From: Shigella phage SHSML-45
Length of the DNA: 64,000 nucleotides
Sequence record: KX130863
Direction: 5' to 3' (one strand)
The position numbers and the translations under genes were made by a program. Positions 10,996 through 20,139 of this stretch are shown here, piece after piece (within the stretch, counting starts at the first letter, position 1; every line of letters starts with the position of its first letter). The notes under the pieces are model-generated. The model searched no databases, was not told the origin of the DNA, and saw only the letters and a list, made by a program, of their open reading frames with translations.

Positions 10996-11875
10996 AGAAA
11001 TCTATTCTCACGGGGTCTGAAGAAGCAGTAGGTATAATATCCCACTCAACTTTATACACATCTGAGAAATCTAGGCGTTTTGTAATACGTGCTAAAGGGA
11101 ATGTTATAGAAACATACTTATTTTTAATAATTAGTGGAGTTCTTGTTTCAGGGTCTAGATTCAAGGACTTATCTCCTACCAATCTCTTAACGTAATAGAA
11201 AGCTAGTGTTGCGGAAGCATTCATTTCATTGACATAAGCTCGTTTATTAGTATAAACTTTGTTTATATCAAATATACTTCTATCTTCTCTCCAAGAACAT
11301 TGTTGTTGGAAGGACATAGATGCTGAAATTAATGCCGGCAGCGGCGCGCTATTAGTATACACAGCTGGAGGACTATACGGAAGTACTTCACCTTGTGTAA
11401 TTGTATATCCATCACGGAAAGTAGATACTTCAGAGAATTTTCCAGACTCAATACCAACATTTAGAATTGGTACACTCTTATCTAGAGAAAAATCAACTGT
11501 TGATACATAACAGTTTTCGAAATAAATACAGCTATTATTATAATTAATAATATACATATTGAACATAATAGGTTCAATATTGGGAGTATTTCTTGGCAAA
11601 AATAAAGAATTTCCCTCGCGCGTGAATCCCATCCAATCAAAGAAATTAGATTCAATAAGCGTAGTACTGAAATTTATTGCCAATGAAATAGATGAAGGAT
11701 CTTGAGCATTAATAATAGAGTCTGCATAGTTAGTACGATTATGGATAGTACGTCTAAGAGTCTTAAACTCTTGAAAAGACGTACTAGCATCATAATTAGA
11801 GAGGGCATCGAAATGATACCCCCTACCATCGTACTCAATAACTATTTTAGACTCTCGCATGAGAGAATAAAACAT
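10973..11875 (-). CDS. tail-associated hypothetical protein (300 aa)
   Basis: ORF immediately downstream of the tail tube gene within the tail module. Confidence 0.4.
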   Translation of the reverse strand: MFYSLMRESKIVIEYDGRGYHFDALSNYDASTSFQEFKTLRRTIHNRTNYADSIINAQDPSSISLAINFSTTLIESNFFDWMGFTREGNSLFLPRNTPNIEPIMFNMYIINYNNSCIYFENCYVSTVDFSLDKSVPILNVGIESGKFSEVSTFRDGYTITQGEVLPYSPPAVYTNSAPLPALISASMSFQQQCSWREDRSIFDINKVYTNKRAYVNEMNASATLAFYYVKRLVGDKSLNLDPETRTPLIIKNKYVSITFPLARITKRLDFSDVYKVEWDIIPTASSDPVRIDFFGEIKND

Positions 11876-11879
11876 TTAA

Positions 11880-13274
11880 TTAACCACCTGTTACAGTAAT
11901 CTGTTTAGTACCTTTAACTCCAGAACCATCCTTAGCAGTAGCTTCTACAGTTACTTCACCAGTTTTAGTGGTGTCCGCAGTTAATAGGCCAGATTCTGGA
12001 TCAATTGTAGCTGCATCACCGGCAGTGATAGCCCAAGTAACTTCCTTATTCTTTGCGGAAGAAGGAGTAACTTCAACACTCATTTGAAGAGTAGCCGAGT
12101 TATTTACTGTAGTAACATCACCAGCAGATTTAACAGTGATTGCGGTTACAGCATTAGTAGCACCATCACCATTAACAATCAAGTTATTAATAGTTGTTTT
12201 GGTATATTTACTAGAGAAGCCTAAGTAACCTTCATCACCAGCATCCAGATCAGATGGAATAGCTTTAAACTCTACTGAAGTACCCAGTACATCATCAGTT
12301 TCAATAGTAGGAATATTAACGTGTGCTTGTTTAGCTACCAGAATAGCCGCAGGACGTTCTTCATCGTACTCACCACCAAGTACTAGAGCAATTTCGAAGC
12401 GGTTAACTACCTTCAGAGTTTTGATAAGATCTTTATACAGCTCCATAGAACCAAGAGATTTATCATTCAGATAAGCAGTTAATGAGCCAGTTAGTTCAAA
12501 TGCGCCAGTAAATGAACCGATCGGAATATTTACACGGGACATAATATTCGGGGTTAGATACGTGATGTTATTATTAATGGTGAAAGTACCACCAGTAATA
12601 GGTATGTCATAAGACTTATTGGTATCCATGTCCTTGATCTTCAAGATCGTTAGTTTGTTCTTAATATAAGAACCCTGGATAGTCATATAAGTTTCATCAT
12701 CAATACCTATTTCATCCGGATCAAATGGTTGCGCATCCAGAGGAATAAGCTGATTACCATTACCAGACCAAGTTACACGACCAATATCTTCGATATCAAC
12801 GTTAACCTCTGCCTGATTAATCTGACAGGAATCAATATAACTCCATGCTTTATCAGTCAGAATATAAATATGTAACATTGCTAACTCATGATAGGAGTTA
12901 TCTTTGAAGTTAACCATGAAGTTAGTTGTGTTATTGTGTGCCCCTGTATTACCTTCTAAGTTAATAGCTTTACCGCTAGAAAGTGCATGCCATAACATAT
13001 AGTCAGGAACAATTTGTTTGCTAGTAGTTTTATCTTTATACGGTAGGATGTAAGTAGAAAAACTCCACTCAGCTGCGTTTAAAGAGTCGTTAAAACGTTT
13101 AGAACCACGAGTTGGACGCGGACCAGCTTCATTAACAGTAATATCTGTTGAGTTACTGTCCTGACCCCAAGAAATATCATCCTGAACTAGAATCTCTTGC
13201 GTGTTGGTCTTATTATGACCAGTCTTAACCGTAGACACGAAGATTCGAGTATTACGTAATAGTTGTAAAGACAT
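11880..13274 (-). CDS. tail tube protein pb6-like (464 aa) with C-terminal Ig-like domain
   Basis: 464 aa, same length as T5 pb6; C-terminus (KEVTWAITAGDAATIDPESGLLTADTTKTGEVTVEATAKDGSG) looks like a bacterial Ig-like (Big_2-type) domain. Confidence 0.75.
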   Translation of the reverse strand: MSLQLLRNTRIFVSTVKTGHNKTNTQEILVQDDISWGQDSNSTDITVNEAGPRPTRGSKRFNDSLNAAEWSFSTYILPYKDKTTSKQIVPDYMLWHALSSGKAINLEGNTGAHNNTTNFMVNFKDNSYHELAMLHIYILTDKAWSYIDSCQINQAEVNVDIEDIGRVTWSGNGNQLIPLDAQPFDPDEIGIDDETYMTIQGSYIKNKLTILKIKDMDTNKSYDIPITGGTFTINNNITYLTPNIMSRVNIPIGSFTGAFELTGSLTAYLNDKSLGSMELYKDLIKTLKVVNRFEIALVLGGEYDEERPAAILVAKQAHVNIPTIETDDVLGTSVEFKAIPSDLDAGDEGYLGFSSKYTKTTINNLIVNGDGATNAVTAITVKSAGDVTTVNNSATLQMSVEVTPSSAKNKEVTWAITAGDAATIDPESGLLTADTTKTGEVTVEATAKDGSGVKGTKQITVTGG

Positions 13275-13300
13275 TTAATTATTTTCTCCTAATCTGTAAC

Positions 13301-13786
13301 TTATCTGCGAAGTGACCTACGTGGAGGCTGATACCTCACTGTTACATTTATTTCTGCTAAACCATATGGGGCCAGTAGACCCTCATCTGTACTAACTGAT
13401 GTAATGATCATATCAGTTGCCTCACATGGGAAGGTCGATCCATTAGGTTTACTAACAGTATATTCTAAATTTCCACCTGTGTCAATAACGGTTTTTATAT
13501 CCGCTACGAGTTTTTCAAGTTGCTCTTGAATGTCTGTTTTCTCTTTATCGTACACCAGGATTGGAAGTTCTAAAAACATCCACTGTTGGCCTGAAGGAAG
13601 ATACTGCCCAGTTTCAGTTCCGATATGAACTGCTACATAAGGAAACTCTCGTATTTCCTCAAATTTATAAGTTTGACGAGAAACGTTTCCGTATAGATTA
13701 TTAAAATATTCGTCAGGTTGAGAACCATCCATTTGTTTAGAGATTCGGTCAACCATAGCTTGTGCAATACTTGTTCTATGATCCAT
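13301..13786 (-). CDS. tail completion / tail terminator-like protein (161 aa)
   Basis: Position between neck genes and tail tube gene. Confidence 0.4.
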   Translation of the reverse strand: MDHRTSIAQAMVDRISKQMDGSQPDEYFNNLYGNVSRQTYKFEEIREFPYVAVHIGTETGQYLPSGQQWMFLELPILVYDKEKTDIQEQLEKLVADIKTVIDTGGNLEYTVSKPNGSTFPCEATDMIITSVSTDEGLLAPYGLAEINVTVRYQPPRRSLRR

Positions 13787-13789
13787 TTA

Positions 13790-14557
13790 TTAGGTTCCTT
13801 GATTAACCTTAATTTTATATCTGGAGTGAATCAGGTCTCTTGCAGCTTTTGCTATAGCCTCACCAATAAGTTTTTGTGGGTTTCTAGCGCCAGGATAAGG
13901 TCGTAGAGATAATCTTCTATATGTAGATACTGCAGGATTAAATACTGAATATGGACGTACCATATAATTATATGTAACATTTAATTCAGGAGCACCTTTG
14001 CTAGTTCCAGCATCTCTAAGCATAACATCTTTAACTTTTAGAGAATTTGCAAAACGACCTGTTCTAAATTTAAGTGGAGCTCCTGCTTTTTTCATATCCT
14101 TTATTAAGTATTCTTTAGCAACCAATTCCAGAATAACCTTCATATTACTATTTGATACAAAACGGCCAGAAGCACCTGTTACTGCACCAGAATATCCATC
14201 TTCTACGTCTCTAGGATCCCCAAAGTTTACTTGAACTCTGCCAGTAGAACGTTTTTTACCTACAGAGGATTTTTTACCAGCGGTTGCTTGAATAAGACTT
14301 TCTAAAGCACCTAAATCTCCAGAAAGATCTAAACTAGAGGATACAGCTTTTAATATAGAAGCTGTTCTAATGTTAAGGAGATCTTGTGATACAGGTTTTG
14401 AGAATTTAAAAGATACCTGAGCAACAGTACCATCTCTAGTAGGATCTTTCAGTCCTGTTTCAACAGAATATACAACAGTATTCTTATTGTTCTCGGAACG
14501 TCCAACATTATCTAGCTGCTCCTTAATAATTTGTGTAGCTAAATCAGAAAGAGACAT
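13790..14557 (-). CDS. neck / head completion protein (255 aa)
   Basis: Position between head-tail adaptor and tail completion genes; start-stop coupled to neighbours. Confidence 0.4.
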   Translation of the reverse strand: MSLSDLATQIIKEQLDNVGRSENNKNTVVYSVETGLKDPTRDGTVAQVSFKFSKPVSQDLLNIRTASILKAVSSSLDLSGDLGALESLIQATAGKKSSVGKKRSTGRVQVNFGDPRDVEDGYSGAVTGASGRFVSNSNMKVILELVAKEYLIKDMKKAGAPLKFRTGRFANSLKVKDVMLRDAGTSKGAPELNVTYNYMVRPYSVFNPAVSTYRRLSLRPYPGARNPQKLIGEAIAKAARDLIHSRYKIKVNQGT

Positions 14558-15069
14558 TATACTCTCCTGTAAACTTCAATAATAGTACGAATATGCTCTG
14601 GAATACCAGACTTAGTATTATTAAAAGTAACTGTTTCTCCACCAATTGTTTTAGCTTGGCGATAATCCTGTTTGTGCCAATGATCTACTAGCATACATGC
14701 TGCAAGTTTGAGATCCTCAGGTATTGGATTAAATCCACCTTGTGTGTATTCTACATCCATATAACCTTCTGGAGGGTTAAATTTAAGAAGTATAACCCCA
14801 TCAGAATACAACTTATACTGTTCGGGATCTATCTCCTTGTCGTTAATAGTCATTTTGGTTACTGAAGTAGCCGAGGGAGAACTTAAGAAGTATTTTTTAC
14901 GAGTAGGTTTTGTATTGATTAACTGGTCTACCGCATCAGCATCATCCATACCTAGGAGGCTAGTAATCAGCGCATTGGCAGCAGTAATCATCATTTCTAC
15001 TCCAGATTCTAGTTCAGGTCGTTTTAACCCGCCGTATAATCTATAGTCTTCAGCTGTGATTATTTGCAT
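14557..15069 (-). CDS. head-tail adaptor-like protein (170 aa)
   Basis: First gene downstream of the major capsid gene and its terminator. Confidence 0.45.
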   Translation of the reverse strand: MQIITAEDYRLYGGLKRPELESGVEMMITAANALITSLLGMDDADAVDQLINTKPTRKKYFLSSPSATSVTKMTINDKEIDPEQYKLYSDGVILLKFNPPEGYMDVEYTQGGFNPIPEDLKLAACMLVDHWHKQDYRQAKTIGGETVTFNNTKSGIPEHIRTIIEVYRRV

Positions 15070-15073
15070 TTAT

Positions 15074-15097
15074 TTTTCCCAATAAAAAAGGAGAGCC
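15074..15097 (-). terminator. rho-independent terminator after the major capsid gene
   Basis: Hairpin GGAGAGC-CGAA-GCTCTCC (15080-15097) followed on the minus strand by TTTTTTATT. Confidence 0.7.
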
Positions 15098-15128
15098 GAA
15101 GCTCTCCTTATCGGCTGAAAAGCCTGTA

Positions 15129-16505
15129 TTAAGATGCAGCGTAAGCACCAGATACAACGCCATTTGCAAAGTAACGTTGCAGGTTAACACGCTGAGTAAC
15201 GTAGTATGCGTCACGCTGTTTACCAGCTTGGCGCTCACGTTCAACAGTAACAGCACGCTGACGTGGCATTACGAAGTTATCTTTATAAACAATAACTGCG
15301 AACTCTTTATCAACCGCTTTAGCTGGGAAGTATTCAGAAACTACAACTGGCAGACCATAAATACGACCAACCTGACCCTGCAGTTTAACAGCATCGTTAC
15401 CAACCTGTGCAACATCCTGCCATTCTTCATCTTCCAGCAGATCGTAGTAAGCATCCATAGATACGATCAGTACCAGTTTGCTCAATTTCAGACCATGACG
15501 GCCAAGTTTACGACGCAGTTTAGAAATAGTTTTAGCAGTTACCAAAACAGTACCATCAGCTTTAGCTTCAGTAGTAACTTTAGCACCATCTTCACTAGCA
15601 AGAGTCAACAGACCTTTCGGCTGACCAGTACCATTACCAGTCATGAACGCTTCTTCGATAGAAACGGCATGTGCTTCGATCAGACGCTTACGCAGCAGAG
15701 GCAGCAGGGAGAAGATTGCATCTTCTTCAGTTTCATCAGTGATGAAGGACTTAGCAGCCAGCTTGTAAGTTTTGAAACTAATCTCAGTCAGAGTACCTTT
15801 AACTTCGTCACCAACAGTTTCGTCAGTACCGAATTTGGAAGCATCTACCCAAGTAGCTTTTCCAGCTTCTGGTTCAACCAGCATAGTAAGAATTTTGCTG
15901 GACATTGGCAGTTCATCGAACAGTGCGCCAACTACTAATTCTTTCTGCAGGTCACGGATAATACGAGTGGAGAAGATAGTTTCATATGCTTCGCTAGACA
16001 TAGAAACGGAAGAAGAACCATTAACAGCCTTAACGTGGGCTTTACCATGTTCAGTTTCAAATACATCCTTCTCCATCATATAAGACAGAAGAACCAGTTT
16101 TTCAACTTCATCTTCAAAAGCTTCCTGAGTACCATACAGTGCTTTAGCTACGCTATCACCGACGAAGGAACGTCCTTCACGAGCTGCCAGCAGAGATTTG
16201 ATTTCGTCCTGAAGACCAACAATAGTTTCCTGCTGCTTTTCTACAGTCTGTGCGAACAGTTCTGCACTCTTTTTAGATTTTTCATCCAGGGACTTAACCA
16301 GTTCCAGAGCTTCTTCTAGCTTCTGACGATCTTCGCCAACTGCTTTAGAAACCAGATCATTCATACGAGCCAGTTCTTTTTCTTCCTGCTCTTTGCGCAT
16401 ACGTTCAGCTTCAGCAGCTTTCTGAGCAGCGGTCAGACCTTCCAGAGATTTAGCCAGATCACCCAGACCAAGTTCTTCTTTCAGCTTATTAATATCAATA
16501 GTCAT
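15129..16505 (-). CDS. major capsid protein pb8-like (458 aa) with N-terminal scaffold-like delta domain
   Basis: 458 aa as T5 pb8; N-terminal ~150 aa is charged and coiled-coil-like (KLKEELGLGDLAKSLEG..., EKSKKSAELFAQTVEKQQETIVGLQDEIK); follows the prohead protease gene; strong terminator hairpin downstream. Confidence 0.85.
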   Translation of the reverse strand: MTIDINKLKEELGLGDLAKSLEGLTAAQKAAEAERMRKEQEEKELARMNDLVSKAVGEDRQKLEEALELVKSLDEKSKKSAELFAQTVEKQQETIVGLQDEIKSLLAAREGRSFVGDSVAKALYGTQEAFEDEVEKLVLLSYMMEKDVFETEHGKAHVKAVNGSSSVSMSSEAYETIFSTRIIRDLQKELVVGALFDELPMSSKILTMLVEPEAGKATWVDASKFGTDETVGDEVKGTLTEISFKTYKLAAKSFITDETEEDAIFSLLPLLRKRLIEAHAVSIEEAFMTGNGTGQPKGLLTLASEDGAKVTTEAKADGTVLVTAKTISKLRRKLGRHGLKLSKLVLIVSMDAYYDLLEDEEWQDVAQVGNDAVKLQGQVGRIYGLPVVVSEYFPAKAVDKEFAVIVYKDNFVMPRQRAVTVERERQAGKQRDAYYVTQRVNLQRYFANGVVSGAYAAS

Positions 16506-16522
16506 TTTTAAATAATTCTCCG

Positions 16523-17155
16523 TTATTCTTTAACGTAGCCTAAAGCTATCGCAAGTTTTTCTAGTTCAGAAAGATTACGTTCTTGAGCTGGGACAGCTTT
16601 AGAACTTATTGCAGTAAAAGATTTACGCCATTCAGTATAATCATGGCCATTCATGCTCTTAGCGAGATTGAATGTTGAGTCCTGATTACAAGGTACAGAA
16701 ACTACCGAAACTTCGTATAGTTCTAAATCTTTAATAATAAATATATCAGTAGCTTCATCCCACTCTGCATCTAGGCAGCGGAATCCGATACTAAAAGTTT
16801 TCAGTACACCGTTTTTAATTAGTGAAAAGATAGCCGGGTCAGAACTTTCATAGATCTCGCATTCTATTTCGAGACCCATTTCAGTAGGGTTAAGATCAAT
16901 ACACTTACCGATTGGACGACGATGATCGTGTCCGAAAAGAATAATCGGGTTTTTCATATAGTTAGTAAGTGCATTAGATGTTTTCCACGCAGAAGCAGGA
17001 ATTACATCACCAGCGCGATCTTTACTAATTGTATTAGCGAATCCACGGATTTTTACAACGCCCTCTTTGGATTCGCTATCAATAGATTTAATATAAGCAT
17101 CTAAATGAACGGGTGCTGATTTTAACTTGTTATAGTCAATAGCAGCTTGTGTCAT
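16523..17155 (-). CDS. prohead protease pb11-like (210 aa)
   Basis: 210-aa ORF immediately upstream of the major capsid gene; size and position match T5 pb11. Confidence 0.7.
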   Translation of the reverse strand: MTQAAIDYNKLKSAPVHLDAYIKSIDSESKEGVVKIRGFANTISKDRAGDVIPASAWKTSNALTNYMKNPIILFGHDHRRPIGKCIDLNPTEMGLEIECEIYESSDPAIFSLIKNGVLKTFSIGFRCLDAEWDEATDIFIIKDLELYEVSVVSVPCNQDSTFNLAKSMNGHDYTEWRKSFTAISSKAVPAQERNLSELEKLAIALGYVKE

Positions 17156-17158
17156 TTA

Positions 17159-17653
17159 TTAGCCTCCAGGAACAGTAGGATTAACTGTCACAGCACATGT
17201 AGCAGAGTCCTTGCTTACTTGCTTACTATCTGTTACAGTTACTTTATAGGCTCCAGAATCCTCCGTAGCTGCTGCAGGCTTAGTATAGGTAGCTCCTGAA
17301 GCACCAGGAATAGGAGAACCATCTTTAGTCCATGTATAAGTATATGGACCAGTACCACCAGTTGCAGTAACAGAAAGTGTTAATGCTGCTCCCTCTTCAA
17401 CTGACATGCTCGCAGTTAAATCTTTAGAAAGAGTTAAGGGTGGAGCCGGTGGAGCAGGAGGAACTGCTTTACCATAAGCCTCTACAAATTTCTTCCATAC
17501 TTTACGGTTAGTATGCGCAGATGAAAGCCCTAGTTCTCTACGCAGAAAAGCATAGCTAGGAACATATTTATGCGCAGCAACCGTAGCAAAGAAGATATGA
17601 GATTCTGGCAGTTTTTCACCAAAAATGGTCTTTAGACCATTATAATCAATCAT
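17159..17653 (-). CDS. capsid decoration protein pb10-like (164 aa) with Ig-like domain
   Basis: 164 aa; C-terminal half (LTLSVTATGGTGPYTYTWTKDGSPIPGASGATYTKPAAATEDSGAYKVTVTD) resembles an Ig-like domain; located between portal and protease genes. Confidence 0.6.
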   Translation of the reverse strand: MIDYNGLKTIFGEKLPESHIFFATVAAHKYVPSYAFLRRELGLSSAHTNRKVWKKFVEAYGKAVPPAPPAPPLTLSKDLTASMSVEEGAALTLSVTATGGTGPYTYTWTKDGSPIPGASGATYTKPAAATEDSGAYKVTVTDSKQVSKDSATCAVTVNPTVPGG

Positions 17654-18867
17654 TCTTTATCTCCCTCGGTGGAACCTTGAGGTCTACCACCTTCTTGACC
17701 AGATACACCTGTTGCAGAACCAGCAACGTTAGCAGGAATACGAATCCTATCCATCTGCTCATCATCTAAAGGTTCAAGGTTCAGCTCTAAACGAGCTTCG
17801 TTACCAGTCATAATACCATTATTAACCAATGAGGTTAAATGTTTAGCCTCAGCTTCTTTATCTGGTGTTAATGCAGCTACCTCCTTAGTATTAGGGGTAA
17901 TCTTATAACCAAAAAAGAAAGTAAGAGAACTAGTCAGTTTGTTCAGCATAGGAATGATAGTCATATAATAGAACAATTCGATGTTTGGTCGAATATTCGC
18001 ATTATTACCACCATCAAGTAGTACTTGCGGAACTCCAAAGGCTAGACAAATAGATTTATTAAATCCTTCGATGTCTTCCTTAAAGTCTAGATCTTTAAAA
18101 GAGGATATTTGGGAGTACGGTTTAGCTTTCATACCACCATCTAGAATCAGGACAGAAGACTGACCCGTACTAGGATTATAATCGAGTTGTAATTCTTCTT
18201 GTTTACGCTCACGCAATTTCTTGTTCAGGATTTCATCCGTCTCAAGAATAAGACCAATCACGGTTCCGTTATCGAGGAATTTCTCTTTAAAGTTAAGCAT
18301 CTTAGAACGCTTCTCAAGAGAATCAATAACAGTAGCAACACGAGATTGTCCAGAAATTTGAGAGTTTGTGCCACACACGTAACTGTTATCCTTTATAAAG
18401 ATAATCTCATCTACGCGATAGTCTATCTGATTATTAAATGTAAATTTTTTGATAAACTTATTGGCATCTGCCTCGACCTGCATAAGAGCAGCCGGGACAT
18501 GGTAAAGCGATGTGCCATCCCAATAGATGTATGCACAACCTTCAAAAAGTAGGTCAGTGACTACAAGTCTACGGAATGTGCTTATATCCATGAATGGATT
18601 AGGTCGTACATTTAAGAGAGTGTCTAGAGTCTTTGTTTTGACGCCATTAGCGTACGTAACAATATTATATTTATCTCCGACAGTATAAGAACACTCCGCC
18701 GCACTATCTATAACCATATTAGCAGTTCTATTGAGAATCTCAATTTTACTGTAGGCTTGTCCAGTGGTAAAAGGCTTACGGTTAGTGCGATGACTAACTG
18801 GTTCCATGTCTCTTATAATACGTTGACCCGGATTTAACTTTTCAGTAATCCAGCTTTTTAAACCCAT
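17650..18867 (-). CDS. portal protein (405 aa)
   Basis: Position between terminase and head genes; size close to the T5 portal. Confidence 0.7.
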   Translation of the reverse strand: MGLKSWITEKLNPGQRIIRDMEPVSHRTNRKPFTTGQAYSKIEILNRTANMVIDSAAECSYTVGDKYNIVTYANGVKTKTLDTLLNVRPNPFMDISTFRRLVVTDLLFEGCAYIYWDGTSLYHVPAALMQVEADANKFIKKFTFNNQIDYRVDEIIFIKDNSYVCGTNSQISGQSRVATVIDSLEKRSKMLNFKEKFLDNGTVIGLILETDEILNKKLRERKQEELQLDYNPSTGQSSVLILDGGMKAKPYSQISSFKDLDFKEDIEGFNKSICLAFGVPQVLLDGGNNANIRPNIELFYYMTIIPMLNKLTSSLTFFFGYKITPNTKEVAALTPDKEAEAKHLTSLVNNGIMTGNEARLELNLEPLDDEQMDRIRIPANVAGSATGVSGQEGGRPQGSTEGDKE

Positions 18868-19319
18868 TATAAGAACCTTGCGAATCCTGATTTTATTTCA
18901 GTCTTGACTTGTGTCTTTTCTTGAGGATTCTGTAATTTGTCTTTCTGCTTTTGAACCCACACTTTTTGCTTATTAGCAGAAAATAAAGGAGGTTCTTTCG
19001 TGTAAACCTTATGTAATAGTTGGTGATGGTGCTGGCACAATGTTACCACGTCCCTAACTAACTCATGCTCATATTTCTTGTAGAATGCTTCCCTATTTGA
19101 AAGGACGATATTCTCATCAGTGAAATCCAGCTGGAGTTCTTTAGCAAATTTTTTTATTAGCTGAGATATAGTATGATAGTGATGAAGTTCTAGGTCTTCA
19201 CTACTACCACATATAGCACAGCAACCATCCTTACTATACCTAGATTTTATACCATCCCTCATTATGGAAATGGCATCACGTTTGTACTTAGTATTAGTGG
19301 CCATACTCCTCCAATCCAA
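18867..19319 (-). CDS. HNH endonuclease (150 aa)
   Basis: Cys/His motif CAICGSSEDLELHHYH ... CQHHHQLLH typical of the HNH fold; sits between terminase and portal genes. Confidence 0.7.
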   Translation of the reverse strand: MDWRSMATNTKYKRDAISIMRDGIKSRYSKDGCCAICGSSEDLELHHYHTISQLIKKFAKELQLDFTDENIVLSNREAFYKKYEHELVRDVVTLCQHHHQLLHKVYTKEPPLFSANKQKVWVQKQKDKLQNPQEKTQVKTEIKSGFARFL

Positions 19320-19968
19320 AGCTATTTAGAAAGATTACTATATCCTCAGGAGCAACATTAAAAAATTCCGTGCTTCCTGTAAAATTAGAAAACCCACAGT
19401 TTTTATTATAATATTCTCTGTGAACTTCCTTTTCTAAATCTAAAGCAGTCTCTCTATCTGGCAGATGATACATGGTGAACAAGTACAGGTCAGAAAATCC
19501 AGATTCTCTTTTAACTTCATTCAACCGTTTCTCGGGATATAAGCTTATGCCTACTTTAGTACCGCTAGAGAAGGACATGATATAGAGGAATCCACCATTC
19601 TCCCACTTAAGAGAACAATAAGGACATCTCTTACCTTGAGTCAATCCATCTAAGGTAATGAAACAGTCATGCCCATTATTGCAGCGTAGATGTAGTTTTG
19701 TTTTAGCATTAGTATAGCTGCTTAACAGAGTATACCCTATATTAGATATTCTGTTACTAACTTCATCTAACGATATTGTATTATTGGAGCAGTGTGGACA
19801 ACCTCTCCTCATATGGAGTATAGAATGTGGTGTTGCTTCCCAAACGTGTGCTCTCTGGCATTTAAATACTGTTTTTGTACGTTGGTTTACATATTCACCG
19901 ACAATTTGGATTCCACGATCAGCTAATCTAATATTTATATCTTTTATTGTTAGCTTTTGTCGACCCAT
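19294..19968 (-). CDS. putative homing-endonuclease-like protein, T5orf172/GIY-YIG-related, with zinc ribbons (224 aa)
   Basis: Two CPxC zinc-ribbon motifs (CPHCSNN, CPYCSLK), GFLYIM...KVGIS core, C-terminal GSTEFFNV shared with a paralog at 50118-50816. Confidence 0.5.
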   Translation of the reverse strand: MGRQKLTIKDINIRLADRGIQIVGEYVNQRTKTVFKCQRAHVWEATPHSILHMRRGCPHCSNNTISLDEVSNRISNIGYTLLSSYTNAKTKLHLRCNNGHDCFITLDGLTQGKRCPYCSLKWENGGFLYIMSFSSGTKVGISLYPEKRLNEVKRESGFSDLYLFTMYHLPDRETALDLEKEVHREYYNKNCGFSNFTGSTEFFNVAPEDIVIFLNSFGLEEYGH

Positions 19969-20139
19969 AGAATCTCCTACACCCCATGTAGAGTATTAAT
20001 TTTTCTTGTTTACGTTCTATTATGGGAGAAGTTCTCCCGATCAATGAATATAGTATACATAATCGTATCGAATTTGTAAAGGGGATTTTAAAATACAGGA
20101 ATGGGATACCAACTGAGTAGTATCCCATCCTATACTTAT

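Noticed and set aside
15177-15938. 253-aa plus-strand ORF
   Set aside because: Lies entirely antisense within the major capsid protein gene; low-complexity Phe/Ser/Asn-rich translation typical of a spurious antisense frame.
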